Assembly (NCBI GenBank): GCA_011109175.1
Contig: RDEW01000016.1
Location: 947,358 to 1,011,357, forward strand
Length of the DNA stretch: 64,000 nt
Direction: 5' to 3'
Origin: Dicyema japonicum
Lineage: Eukaryota > Animalia > Dicyemida
How positions within the stretch are numbered: position 1 is the first letter of the stretch; every line of letters starts with the position of its first letter. Below the pieces are notes generated by a model. It searched no databases. It was not told the origin of the DNA and worked only from the letters and a program-made list of their open reading frames with translations. The position numbers and the translations under genes are program-made. This document shows positions 34,775-47,661 of the stretch, in pieces.

Positions 34775-37700
34775 CACCCGACCATCGCAAATTGGCCACC
34801 TTGCAAATTTTTAAATTGGCCACATTTTGAAAATTTTTCTTAGAAAAAATCCTATTCTCCTTTAAATACAGTTAAAGTAAAATATTATTTATTAACTATG
34901 GGGGAGAGCGGCAGCTGACAATACGGAGTAAGTGTTTCCAACTGAGATCCCGATTCGTTGCCTCAGCCAGACCGCTTCCCGCACGTCTTTCTTACGGTGG
35001 GGCAATTTCCTCCGATTTCCTTTAGAAAAGAGGCTGTAATACTTCCGACCGCACCAGACGTCTTGATTGCCACCGATACAAAAATGTAGCGGTCTCCAAT
35101 TTCGCCATATTTTTTAATCTTGATGTTCTCGGCCAGATCGGCTGCCGATCTAGCAGACTGCGCTGAGCTGAGTATCATCGAGTTCGAGAAAGAATCCACA
35201 ACAGTGCAGTCCCATACGAGCGATTTTCCCTTAATTAACGGAAAGATAGTTGACCCATTCGGTCTTTTCCCGTCTCCGCGGTTCAATCCCACGGGCTCCA
35301 GTACTGACGGGAAGCCTGCAGGTCCAAGAGCACGCATGACAATGTTGTTCCTAGCAGCATGGCGAGGTGCTCTGTCCGCACTCCTTTTGCACGAGAGCGG
35401 ATGCAGCCCTTTGGCATCGACGATCCATCCACAACGACATTGGTGTTTGACGCAAACATCAACTCCCAGGCGTTGTGCGATCCAATCCGAATACAGTCAT
35501 CGTCCAATACCCACGGGAGTGCATCCAGCCACGCTCCGCTCCCATGGTTGGCGGCAGATACGAGGCATGCAAGACGATGCTGGTTGGCCTCAGAATTTAG
35601 CACGCCGAAGATATTCTTGGAGTAGATATCATCCCAGTCACGTCGCCTCTAAGGATCGTTCGTCGTATCCAAACCAGTTTCACACCATTCGCGACGAGCT
35701 TCGTCGAAGACTTTTTCCCAAGAAGTCCAGTTGTAAACGTAGGATATCTTAGACCAAAAGGCATCCACTTGAAAGCGATGACTCATATGCTGAAAAGGCG
35801 ATCTCCAGCGCCGACCTGAAACCCGTACCTCCAAGGACTGTAGGAAGCTTGAATTGACTCCAACTCGACACGTCAAAGTGGATGTTTATAAGCAATTCAG
35901 CTGATTTTCTCAATATCCTATCCAGTGACAGGAGGATGTCACGATGTTTGAAGCAGGGAGAACATCGGAGAGCATATAGGAGTTTGGGCAAGCCGATGCT
36001 ATTCTTCGAAAGGAAGAACGCTGTATGAGCATCGAGTAAGGAGAGTTTCTCCGTAACTCTAGTGAGTTCATTCTCTTTTGTTAGTAGATGGCTCCGCAGC
36101 TTTTTTTCGTCAAGTGGGCACCCAAGAAAGTATGTCCGTGCCCTGGGTACGACTGTAATTCCAGGTAATACCGTATTAAAAGACTCAACCACGTTGATAA
36201 AATCACGCTTCGAGTATGTGATATTTATTAGCTCCAATTTCTTTATATTTATCTCATGTCCGAGGTTTCGTAGTGCATGAACGGCATGTGACAGAACGTC
36301 ATGAACTTTTTTCCACGGCTCTCCAATCGTGGCGTCATCAAGATACCAGAGGTTTAGTTTGTGTTGATAGAGCGGACAATTTCATCGATGGCCAGAGGGA
36401 AGAGAAGTTGACCAAGTGGGTCCCTTGTTGGACTCCTGTCTCCGAACAAATAATCTTGTCCCCGAAAACCAGTGAAGAATTGGTTCCGTAAGCGAGGAAG
36501 ACAAGTGGAATAAGTTCCGGGGCTCGTTTGCTTGTAGTTTCGAAAATTTGATCCCTCCTCAATGAATTGAAGGCATTGCAGATGTCCAGCTTGACCCCAA
36601 TGTGTGGGTTTTGTTCGTCTTTCTGTCCAAAAAAACACCTCGCAGCATGCACTGCCGCCTCGCATCCGTTCCTTACACCAACCCCCAGTTGGAGGGGGAA
36701 AATTCTTCAGATATTCTCGGACAGACAATGCTGCATGCGATTTTCGCTGTCAGTCTTCTGAAATAGTTGCCGACTGCGATGGGGCGGACCCCACCTCCAG
36801 GTTTTTTGAAGGCCAATAAATGTGCACTGAAAAGAAGCTCCCTTGCGTGAGGAGGAATATCTCCGTTCAAAATACGCATAACCAGTTTTGTAATTGATTT
36901 GACAAGGCTGCATCCAGCTTCTGTGGTAGCCCCCGCCGTAAGATCTTGATGTGACCTGGCCGCAAACCATCGAGACCTCCACTGCTACTCGCCGCAAACG
37001 ACGAAATGCCGCGCCGCACTTCGCCTTCGGTGATGGTCGTCTTTGACAAATTTCCCGGATGCACGAATGGGCGGTAATCTGCCGGAGGACATGGATGTTT
37101 TCGTCTGAGTAGTTCAAGCACCTCAGGCGTCGCAGCCATGACAGTATCGTTGCTGGAAACAACGCGCAACGGCGCTCAGACGTCGCCTTCAAATAGTTTA
37201 CGTTTACTCTTTAAGTTTGTCCGGGACATTCAAAGAAACGGAGGATTGGAATCAGGTTGTTTTGGTTTCATGACTTCCGTCTTGGTGAAAGAATGCACAT
37301 AGAAAACATGGATGTTCTTCATTTTTGAGGAAAGGGAGTTTCCAAGTGTCGACTTTCTCCTGTTTCTTTGATCTCCTTTTGAGTCGTAAAAGGAATTCCA
37401 AGGCCATCGGGCGAAACTGACAGGTTTTAGCCAGGCCTCCTGGTCGTCGGACGTGAGAGCATCGTCAATTACAGAGGCCAGGCATGTAGCCGCGGAGATC
37501 CGGACGGATCTTGGGATCCTGATTGGGGTCTTCCTGGCTTTCCTTAGATCTGACAAGAAGAGCAAGAGGTTGTCCATATCATTGAAGTCTAGAGGCTCAT
37601 TCGGTTCGACGTGCTCGTTTGGAATGATCCTCTGGGTTTTCCGACCAGTGCCCATACAGACACTGCAGTTCCACAGGCAGAGCAACCATACAGCCCGCTG

Positions 37701-38964
37701 AGACATATTTATGCATCCGAGGTGGAAAAAGTCACCGCAAGACGAGCAGAAAAGTCCATATTTGCGTGCATTAGTATAACCGCATCAAAAGCATGTAGTT
37801 TCCAGTCTTTTGGGTATAATATATGTTGTTTCATTATATGAACGACGCTCCATAATGATACAATTCTCCTTATTAATTGGCCAATTTTTAATTTAAATTT
37901 TTCGAAATAACGAATATCAGAGGTAACGCCTTCGCCATTCTGTCGTCCTAGTTATTTATAATTTAAAAAATAAATTCTTTTGTGGTTCAAAAAAAATTTT
38001 TTTAAATGAAAATTTAATTAACACATGTTTTCCAATTTCTCTCGTGGACGCGATACTGGCTTACTTTTAATGGAAAAACTCAAATTGTTAATTACAAAGA
38101 AAATGATGATGTTTCGTGCCAGCGATTAGCTGATAGATTCTCAAGCATGTTCCGAAAGACAATACGAATTTTTCTATTGATTGACAACTGCCCTGCGCGT
38201 TGTATCCCGCCGAATTTGGAATATATAAAAATATTGTTTCTTCCAAAAAATAGTACGGGGTTGCTTCAACCCATGGATATTGGCATCATAAATTCTTTAA
38301 GAGTAATTTTACAAGACGCAAGTTAATCTATTTGACGGAATTATTGGAAACTCAAAATATTTCGGTCTATAATTCTTAGAAAAAAATGAATTTAAAGGAT
38401 ACGGTCTTTTTGACCAAAAATGGTTTGGGAAGACATAACCGAAGAAACGATCTGGAAATTTTTCAAAGTTATTAATAACTCCAATAACGAAATTCTTGAA
38501 ATTGATATTAATGATACAATAATCAGAAGAACAGACATTTTCGCTCCTCTCAATGTTGACGATTTTTTAATTATTGAATACACGGAAAATGAAACATTTA
38601 TTGAAAATCAAAATTCTTAGAATATTCAGAAAATAGTGAACAAGAATCTGAAAAAACAAGGGATACAGACAAAATGGATATTGCAGTTAGATTAACTGTT
38701 ATAGAGAAGGAACTCTTAGCCAATGTTGAGAATGAACATGAAGTTTCTCTAATTTCTTCAATAAGAAAGTACAAAGCTAGTATTATTGACGGAAAGAAAA
38801 AAATTAGGAATTACATTTTATTTTAATAAAACTTAAATACATTTTTTTGTTCATTTAAGGCAATTATTTGCTTGTTGTTCTTGAAAATTATTGATTTTAT
38901 TTTTTTTCAAATTGGCCACAAAATTCTAAGGAACCAAAAATGGCCAAATTGCGAGGGTCGAGTG
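34775..38964 (+). mobile_element. pogo/Tigger DNA transposon with 24-bp TIRs and TA TSD, interrupted by a CRE-like element
   Basis: TA|CACCCGACCATCGCAAATTGGCCA at 34773-34798 and TGGCCAAATTGCGAGGGTCGAGTG|TA at 38941-38966 (3 mismatches); internal HTH-like segment, LLIDNCPA and LFLPKNSTGLLQPMDIGII (DDE_1). Confidence 0.88.
34863..37862 (-). mobile_element. apparently full-length CRE-like non-LTR retrotransposon (PHD finger, RT, CCHC knuckle, RLE), frameshifted
   Basis: ATG at 37853; PHD-type Cys/His pattern; KKPGGGVRPIAVGNYFRRL, VKLDICNAFNS, GVQQGDPLG; CRCG..VD..GLHPLSC; RPNG/ETSG RLE; TSD ATTCTCCTT(AT) at 34854-34862 and 37863-37873. Confidence 0.9.
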
Positions 38965-39179
38965 TAGTCGCATGCAACACAACAGCTATGGTTAGTGCCT
39001 TTCCATTACTTCTGTATGATTTTTTTAAATCAAAATTTAACATAAAAATAAGACCAACTGCGTGTCTTATAATCCGGCATGAAAAAAAACGTTACAATAA
39101 ATTTGTTACGAAAAATAATTAAATGTCTAGAAAAAAACGTTATTATTATTATTCCCCTTCAACTTAGTCTCCTCCTCTT

Positions 39180-39570
39180 TTCCTTTTGGCACGATGATGC
39201 TGCTTCATTCGTTCCCCTTAGGCTGTGAGTTTTCTGGGAATCGTCCAAGGAAGTCATTCCATATTATGCTCTATACACATACTCTCCAAGGTTTTCTTTG
39301 ATTAAATATACGCTCGAGTTGGTGCCTCAACCTTCAGGGAATTGTGATGATGTTTGTAGAATTTGCTCACAGTACCATCCAATGTTAGTGCGATTGATAC
39401 AATTTATGTTAGTGCAATATTAACTTCAGCATTGTGGTGCCAATTCACTAGCAGGCAAGTCATATTTGTGTAGCTTTTCAACCTCGACTTGTTTCAATGC
39501 CTGTTAAGAGGTGACTCCCACTTGGATAAGCGTAATTAAATTCCTCCTTTCGTCTATAAAATTTTCAGTT
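39180..39570 (-). mobile_element. R4/Dong-like retrotransposon C-terminal RLE fragment
   Basis: ITLIQVGVTS..LKQVEVEKLHKYDL..EL and AYI*SKKTLES; continues the frame that breaks off at NKP near 42295. Confidence 0.7.
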
Positions 39571-39659
39571 TAATTACAATTTTTATATCTATTTTGACTA
39601 TGCGATGTTCTATTTTGACATTTTTTAAATCTATTTTAACAGTGCAATATTCATCTTTG

Positions 39660-40040
39660 ACAATTATTATTATTACCCCAGGATCACTGGGTCAAAGAGA
39701 AAGAAATAAAAGTTCTCATCTAACTAAGTGATCCCAGACCGACAAAGGTGAGGACGAGTCCGGCGGGGTCGAGAATCCTGAACAGCTCTTCTCATAGGAC
39801 ATGGCATCGGCTCACAATTTCTGTATGATTGTAGATAATTCGATAGTATTTGGAATAGAGGGCAGCTCGGTAGAACAGCCTCCTTTAATAGTTTTCGTTG
39901 TAGTTCAATTAAAAAATTTTCAATAGGTTGGATGTTGTGATCTGGTCCAATTAACCTTATTGCATCTTTGACAATGCAATTAACAATATTAATTAACAAC
40001 TTAATCATATAATGGAATCCCAAGCGTACAATTTCCATTT
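39660..40040 (-). mobile_element. I/Jockey-like LINE 3' end
   Basis: ORF ends CRSGIT*, 3' UTR and (TAA)n tail; homologous to 1490-1668. Confidence 0.75.
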
Positions 40041-40320
40041 ATTTTTTCAACATTCCTGTAAAAATGTCATATTTTCTTCCGCGTTAGATGTGTTAGAGAA
40101 TAATCCAAAGCATTTTGTAGTAATTGACTTCGAAATTCGGTCAGGGTTCCATTTCCTGCTGCAATAACATCATTATGGGGATCGTTGTGATTAGATAAAT
40201 ACGTCTTTATCCCAGCCTTAAGAATTAAGTTGAGGAGAATATCAAATCTTCGTATAGTACGTTCTACTCGTATACCTTCAAAATTTCTTTGTTTTTTATG
40301 GATTGGAGCATTATCCATAT
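40040..40320 (-). mobile_element. IS630/Tc1-like transposase C-terminal fragment
   Basis: MDNAPIHK (second Asp of the DDE triad). Confidence 0.55.
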
Positions 40321-41655
40321 AAATAATAAGTTCCTCTCCAGCTAAACTGTCTTCCTTTTAGGTATACTTTCACCCAATTCACTAGTTCCTTTGGGCTCCC
40401 TCTCCGAGATAAGTGATCGATTATGGCTCTGTGATTAACACTGTCAAATGCTTTTGATATGTCGAGACATATGACATTCAGGAAACATTTGGATTCTCTG
40501 GCTTTGCATAACTCGGAGTTGAGATGAAATAAGCAATCACCGCATGACCATCCTGGGCGAAAACCAAATTGATCATTTCTGAAGTAATCTTCTTTTTCCA
40601 GCTGATTTGTAAGCCTCCAGAAAACAATTTTTCCATGATTTTTGAAATTGACCAACTCAGGCTGATCGGACGGTAGCTATCAGGATCATTCTTCGGTCTT
40701 CCTGTCTTCGCTATCATCCGTACAATGGTCTTCTTCCATTCCTGTTGAACATGACCAATTTTTATGTATGCGTTGAACATATTTTTGAGAACTTCAAATA
40801 AAATTTCTGGGACTTCTTTGAACATCCTAGCTTTGATGAAATCACTGCCCGAGCTTTATTCTTGACAGCTCTTATTGCTATCTTCCGCTCTTCTAGAGAG
40901 ATCTCTATAAATGCTGTTTTCTCTGACAATGGTTCGTAACATGTCTTCTCCGCGATGACATCATCGTCCACATCAAATATCTTTTTAAGCTGTGTCTCAA
41001 AAACTAGAAGTATTTCTTCTTCAGCATAGTGGGTGCCATCCGGTTTCTTGAGCACAATCTTGTTTGCGATTGATTCTGGGTTCCTCACTTTTCGGTATAC
41101 CTTCCAGAAAGAGGGATTGTGTTTGTTTAGCTTCCGTAGTTGAGAGTTCCACTTATTCTCATTCCAACTTTTGAATTGTTCCGACAACTGCTTTTGTAGT
41201 TCGCCGATTTTGTGAGACAAGGCTAAGCGGTCCTGTGGGTCTACGCATCTCCTCAGTTTAGTCCTTAGATTATTTCTTTTCAACACAATTTTCTTGATGT
41301 GCCATGGAATAGGGACAACATTATCGTTTCTTGAGTATATTTTTCTACCAAAGTTATCCAGATAGTATAATATCAGATCCGTTACTCGTTTACTTGTTTT
41401 ATCAATTTCCAGACGAGTCTTGGGCTCGGTATGCCCTAACATCAATTCCTTTGCAATGAACATCTTATAGTGATTCCAGTTTAGATTCTTGGTATCGTAA
41501 CCGACAAAGACTCCAGGTTCATTAATCATTTTCATATCCACGGATGTTAGCAATGGAATGTGGTCACTGTCAATATCCGGAAGAGTAATTGGTACGTCGG
41601 CGTATTCTGATAGCAGGGGAAATCAAGAAGACACCAAGCTTGTCACCCCCGTAGA
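40320..41655 (-). mobile_element. I/Jockey-like LINE internal fragment (endonuclease end, linker, RT N-half)
   Basis: IDSDHIPLL, KTGRPKNDPDSYRPISL, QFGFRPG, LDISKAFDSVNH. Confidence 0.88.
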
Positions 41656-42290
41656 GAGAGAAATGGTTATCCTCTTTTGATAAATTTCGATTTATAGATC
41701 CAATGTGTGATTCAATTCTCACAATTGTTCCATTGTCATCAATTGCTAAAATGCCGTTGAGATTCACTCCTTTGCTTTCCTTTACTGGAACTATCGCACG
41801 TGATCCTATATGGGATCAGCCGAATTTTTTTAATGTAAAGAGATTGAACTTTGTTTCGTCCAAATGTATTTTTCTATTTGTATTACGTTGATAATCCAAT
41901 GCAAATATTTTTTTTCTATATTTTCCAGACTATTCCTGGAAATTGGTCTCTTCGCAGCATTAGTTAGGTAATCAATCGGCCATTAAGTCGGTTATATATT
42001 GTCGCAATACAAACTTTATTATTTACCAATGTTCGTATTTCCTTCAATGTTATCGATGGATTATTCTCAATTTTTTTTAATCATCATCAGTAAGTTTAAT
42101 CGTAGCATCCCTTCTACCTCCATGTTTACAAACATACGGATTTCCACTTTTTACGATGGCTATAGCTGTTGTCCTCTTGACTCCAAAATCTCGAGCAAGC
42201 TGTATTTAATCGCCACCCTCTTCATCCTTATTTATAAGTGATCTTCTCGAAGCTATTCTGATATTCTTGAAATAAAATTGGTACAAGAAC
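41655..42290 (-). mobile_element. IS630/Tc1-like transposase N-terminal fragment
   Basis: RGG..KL....I..NPSITLKEI...VCIATI.NRL (HTH) and SKG.RVNLN.ILAIDDNG...GSIN; second copy at 59510-60190. Confidence 0.6.
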
Positions 42291-43474
42291 AACGAATCAA
42301 CTGGTTTGTTGTTTTGTAATTTTTTATCTGTGGTTATTTCTGTATCCACTCGGATCTCGACTGATTTATTCACAGTTACTGATTGTACAGAATGTGTATT
42401 CAGTTTCTCGGATTTTTTAATTCCGCATTGTCTGCATAGATGCAAATACAACTTCGTTATGACGTTGGAGATAATCACTATTCAACAGTCGATCACATTT
42501 TGTTGCCAAGTGGTCAACAGTTTTCTTGGCTGAGTTGCAGTGGCTGCAGCTAACCCCAGTATAATCAATAGGTTTCGGTCTTGTGATAGACACAGTATCC
42601 CTTCACATCTGAGAGAGTTGTTCCCGTGTGATAGCCAAAGGGAAGATTCGGCGATGTCGATTTTTAAATCACGCAGACAGTGGAATGGGACTCCATGTAG
42701 CTGCTTTTTCTGAATTTCTTTACTATCCAGTTCTTTTAATGTCTTTTAATAAACCGGAACTGAGAATATCAGGCCTTCGAGCTTTATATTTTCGGCATAA
42801 AAATTCTGCGATAGTGATCATGTTTTCTTTGATTTGACGATCCGCAGAATCCCTGAATTCCTCAACCAATAACTAGACTTCTTTCCAAGGTCTCGTAGGA
42901 ATTGGAGTAGCATCCGTCACTTTTATGTGTAATAGATTCCAATCCCATTCCAAGTTGGTTTCTTGACATATAAAGTCTTTAATCGCTAGTTTCAGGTGAA
43001 TCCGATGGTTTACAAGGATTTTTCGTATGCTTTTGTCAATCAGTTCATATTCAGTTGGTTCGATGTCAATTAGTCCGATGTAATAGTTATACAGAGATAA
43101 AGCATATTCGTTTATAGCTTTAAACAAGTTCGCTGAGTTTAATTTTGACTTGGCCAGGTTGTCGAAACTCTTTTTAACTCCGTCAAAGATTGACTTTAGT
43201 ATTTCTTCTTTCAAGACTTTGCTATCTTTATTTTCGAGGACCCGAGGTTTCGATAGCCATCTATTCCATCAACTTTCCTTCAGAACTGAGATTTCGCACA
43301 TTTTTAGCTGACTTCTCTACATTTCTCACAAATCCAGAAACTTAGAAGAAACTGTTCACTTCGTTAGTCGTCCATAAACAGTAAGTGATTTGTTGCGTAT
43401 GAAATAGAGCCTTTGCCTGTGTTATCCAAAACCACTTTTGTGTATTTCGCATTTAAAACCCTACTCAGTGGGTC
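42290..43474 (-). mobile_element. R4/Dong-like retrotransposon (RT end + CCHC), truncated at the duplication junction
   Basis: NHLLFMDD, NLFKAINEYA, CSHCNSAKKTVDHLATKC, LRRHNEV, VDTEITTD..LQNNKP. Confidence 0.88.
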
Positions 43475-43551
43475 CGGTAAAATGCTGAAAATTTTGTTCT
43501 GAAAATTTTGTCTCCAAATTCTCAAGTGAATCTTGCATTTCTTTAACAATT

Positions 43552-43845
43552 ATAAATTGAGAAACATGAGTAGTTAATTACTGAGTCCAGCGGATATGAT
43601 CGAGTGGCTGTTACCTCTGACTACTGCCAGGGATATCCTTTGGAAAAGCCACTCGGTTTCCCGACGCTCCCTCGAGGCTTTGGTCAATAGACACCCAAGT
43701 GCTCTAAGGAAAGAGACCGTCTTGGGGCCGAAGACTCCGCTCGTCTCGACGACCACTGGCTGTACATGGAAACGGTTTAGGAGGCTGCTGTAAAGAAATA
43801 AAAATAAAGAAATACAGCAGCCTCCTAAACCGTTTCCATGTACAG
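43552..43845 (-). mobile_element. duplicate of the truncated CRE-like insertion with fold-back
   Basis: Same TSD (43541-43551, 43846-43856) and 34-bp inverted repeat (43759-43792, 43813-43846). Confidence 0.9.
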
Positions 43846-44228
43846 CTTTAACAATTGTATTCGTGTCTAAAGTTTATAATTATAAATATCATTCACAAAT
43901 TCTAAAGTTTATAATTATAAATGTCATTCACAAATTCATTGTTTTCAACATTTATATGCTTATATATTCATTTGTAAGATTATCTTCTGAATGGTTTAAA
44001 AAATAATAATTCAATATGGATTTTTCTTTGTTCTCAGCCAAAATGTTAGATTTAAAAAAAACTGCCCCAATTCTTTTAATGTGAATATATGTGAATAAAT
44101 AGTTTATTGTGAAATGTTTTAAAGAATTACTGTGCTAAAATATTAATGGTTTTATGACAATTCCACGTTATTATTGATGTCTCAAGGTGAAAATATTTCT
44201 TGTCAACTCTATTGTACAAAACACAGAC

Positions 44229-44540
44229 TATAATAATAATAAAGCCTTTTCACGAGAGCCATAGCATTTATAGCTCCGCATAGGCAGGACACACACTTTA
44301 TTTAAGTAAAGAACAGTTAATTTTAACTAATCGTAGAACCAAGGAATATCTTCACTTCTTATTTTCTTTTTCTTGTGTGAGTATCCTTTCTAGACAATCC
44401 AGTTCCACGGTGAGTATTCACTGATGACGGCGTCACTCGTCAAACCCTTTCTGCATCGTAGATGCGTGGAACTTTCCACCAGATGAACAGCAGCCGTAAC
44501 CTAAGCCACTTAGGCCCGACACCTAACCACTATGCCACAC
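44229..44540 (-). mobile_element. tRNA-derived SINE (duplicate of 20907-21219)
   Basis: Sequence near-identical to the unit 1 copy. Confidence 0.8.
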
Positions 44541-45219
44541 AGACTATGGGAATATATTTTTTATAATGATGCCTTTGTTATTTAAAGGCCAATAATAAAC
44601 ATTATTTTTAAAGGCTAAGCTTTTCATATTTTTTAAGAAAATATGAATTCTCCTATATTCAAAACATGACAATGATATGTGATTGGTTAATATAATTGCT
44701 AATTGGTAAGAAAGTTGAGATTGGGATATATTTTTGGTGATGACGCAGCTCTTGTTTACTGATTCCCTCAAGATTGATGTAACATTTCGTTCCCCTTCTT
44801 ATATTCACAGACAAAATAATTGACTCAGAAGACATCTGATAAACCAAGTTTTTAGAATAAAGAATGGCCTGAAATATTGAGGAATCTGATTAGCATCGTT
44901 CACTTTGGGGAGAACAAGGGAATTAATAGTAAATAATAACCACGGAATTGAGTTAATTAAAGTCTAATTAAGGGACATTCAGTTTCCACTGTTAGAGGGA
45001 GACACGTATTTTTCTAGTATGATGTTTATCCATATCCGCTGTTATGGGAACCCCTCCAATTGAGTGCGCAAAAGATTAATTTTTTTGGATACCGACCATC
45101 CACTAGGCGTCTCCTAAAATAGATAGATCACATGACACATCTTAAGATACGTAAACGGACAAAACACTAAAATATCTTTCGCTATGTACGCAGTGGTGTG
45201 GAAATATTCGTAAAATCCT

Positions 45220-46445
45220 AATAGTTATAATTTCACTTGTGCAGCATTCAAAACAATCCTCCGAACCAACTTCTTCCAACCTCCTCGATCGTAAGAGAGT
45301 TTCCTCTACTCGTCCAGGTCGTCCCCACTTCTTAGACGTTTGTTCACAAGCTTTAGATCTCCGTCAAGTGTTTCAGGTAGTGTAATACGCCGAGCGCCCA
45401 AGTCCATACGCAAGATATGTCCAAATAGCCTCCAGCGCATGTCAACAATGTCGAGACTCAGTGGACCCGTGCAACATCTCTTGTACAGCGATTCCTTTTT
45501 TATTCTTGCTGGCCAGTTCAGTCCTAGTAAGGATCTAAGTTGTCTTCGATTGAAAGAGTCTAGTCCAAGTTGTTCGGTTTTGGACGTTCCCCAGGTCGAT
45601 GAATTGTACATTAGGATGGGCTTGACAAAGGCTTCATATAGTCTCAAACGAAGTGATGTGCAGGATCGTCGTTTGCCAATCCACTTTTTTTCAACTTGTT
45701 CATCGTTACCCAAGCGAGGACCTTCCTTCTGGCAATATCTTGACTATCTCCTAATAAAGAGCCAAGTTTGTCTGTTTTTTCGCCATGTTTCACTTTATCT
45801 GCTTTCTATTCTCCTGATTTCCACAATGTCAGTTTTTGTGGTGTTCATTCCAAGGAACCATCGGTTCAGCTCAGCAGGTGCCACCTCGAAGAGTCGAAGT
45901 AGAGCCGATTTGTCTTCTGACACAAAGTCGACGTCGTCCGCATAGGCAATTTCGACGATGTTGCCATCATATAACTTCCGAAGATCTCGTAATGCCGCCT
46001 CCAGATATATGACAAATAGCAGAGGCGAGAGGGAATCTCCCTGGGGACGTAAATTCACGGGAAAACGTCATACCGACCCGTACTCTGAGCTTCGTGTTAG
46101 ATAGCAGCACTTTGATCATACTGACAGAATGAGGGTCCAAGAATTGTTCCAGTATCCTGAGAAGTAGACCACGGCGGACCGTGTCAAAGGCCCTAGAGAG
46201 GTCTATTATTATTAATGCACAAATTTTTTTTGTCAAGAGTCACAAAATCATGTCAACAAATGTGTTGGCGCCTTCCTGCATTGTGACCAACTTGTTTATG
46301 GAATAACAGGAAATGACAATCATAAATCAATACAAATTGACGGTATATGGCGGTGAAGTATTAATCGTTGCTTCCAAGAGCTTTTGAGACAATCTTTAAG
46401 ATAGTTACTCTCTCTGGTTTTCCGCATTTTTGAAAAAAAATTCCT
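45220..46445 (-). mobile_element. RTE-like LINE RT 3' portion (duplicate of 21900-23130)
   Basis: PQGDSLSPLLF, YADDVDF, DMRWRLFGHILRM. Confidence 0.92.
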
Positions 46446-46449
46446 ACCT

Positions 46450-46725
46450 GGGTGGCATAGTGGTTAGGTGTCGGGCTAAAGTGGCTTAGGTCACGGGTTT
46501 GATTCTCGCTGCTGTTCACCTGGTGAAAGGTTCAACGCATCTACGATGCGGAAAGGGCTTGACAAGTGACGCGTCATCAGTGGAGATTCACTGCGGAACT
46601 GGATAGTCAAAAGGACATGCACACAAGAAAAAGAAAAAAAAGAAGTGAAGAGCATTCCTTGGTTCTCCCTTTACGATTAGCTATAATAACTGTTCTTTAC
46701 TCAAATAAAGTGTGTGTTCTGCACG
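46450..46725 (+). mobile_element. tRNA-derived SINE (duplicate of 23135-23410)
   Basis: A and B boxes as in the unit 1 copy. Confidence 0.85.
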
Positions 46726-47661
46726 AGCGAAACCTTAGACATCTTACGTGCTTATGGCAACGCGGTAGTGCTTAATTACTATTAAATTTTAAAACATGAT
46801 TCCCAGATATTTGATGTGCTATTGGTAGAGAGAATTCGTTTTTTGAGGAGGATTCTCGATTTGAAGTACTAGTCCTCGTTTAAATGTAGTAAATATAGTC
46901 GGAAAGGACTTGGTTGGCAAAACTTCATATTATATTCATGGAGTCAGAGTGTTACCTATTTTTGTATGACCTCAGTGGCTGTTTGATAATCATAGAAGCA
47001 GCAGGCGATGTGGATACCATTAACATTTAGCTGAGGAATCGTTAGAGAGTAGCCATAACAAAGGTTTGGTTACACATCACCAGACAGGAGCAACAATAAG
47101 AAAACGGAAATATTGCAAAACTATTTGAGGAAGAGAACTATCTAGAACAACGGATTCTGACATCATATTTGTATAATATGTTGGACACATTATTATTACC
47201 TTAGAATCACCTGATTAAAAGTAAATAAAGTTCATAACTAAGTGACCCTAGACCGACATGGGGGAGGTCCTATCCGAAGTGGGAGAAAATCCTGGATGAC
47301 TTTACAGATACTTTGAACACATTGTAGGAACACTCATTAAACTTATTATCTTGCTCCTCGAAAACATATGAGAGTAACAAAAAGGATTGCTCTTGGAATG
47401 AGGTTCGAGGAAGTTCTGAATGATCAAGAAACCCTCTTAAAACCAAGGCAAAACATTATCAAAATCTGATTTAAGGTTTAAAAACACATATTCTAAACTT
47501 GGGGTGCTTCAAGACATTCTTTCAATTCAATGTCCATTACCAAGAGAGTGTGGGCATTCATATTGATGACAGCCATTCCAGGCACAGTTGTTTACTTAAT
47601 GTTATCAATGGCTTTTCTACTCGTCCCCACCACAAAGAAATCCATCTCCAAGGTTTAAAAC

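Larger units (their letters stand above)
20201..43474 (+). repeat. segmental tandem duplication, unit 1
   Basis: Colinear with 43475-61417 (SINEs, RTE, HPRT, Ykt6, pogo TIR, IS630 and R4 pieces in the same order); 35901-41549 is absent from unit 2. Confidence 0.93.

Noticed and set aside
40040-42290. Fanzor/TnpB partner next to the IS630/Tc1-like transposase
   Set aside because: No RuvC or zinc-ribbon motif pattern was recognisable in any adjacent frame; the neighbours are LINE fragments
45340-45945. 201-aa plus-strand ORF and similar antisense ORFs (22121-22402, 35120-35752, 58623-58994)
   Set aside because: Shadow frames opposite retrotransposon coding sequence
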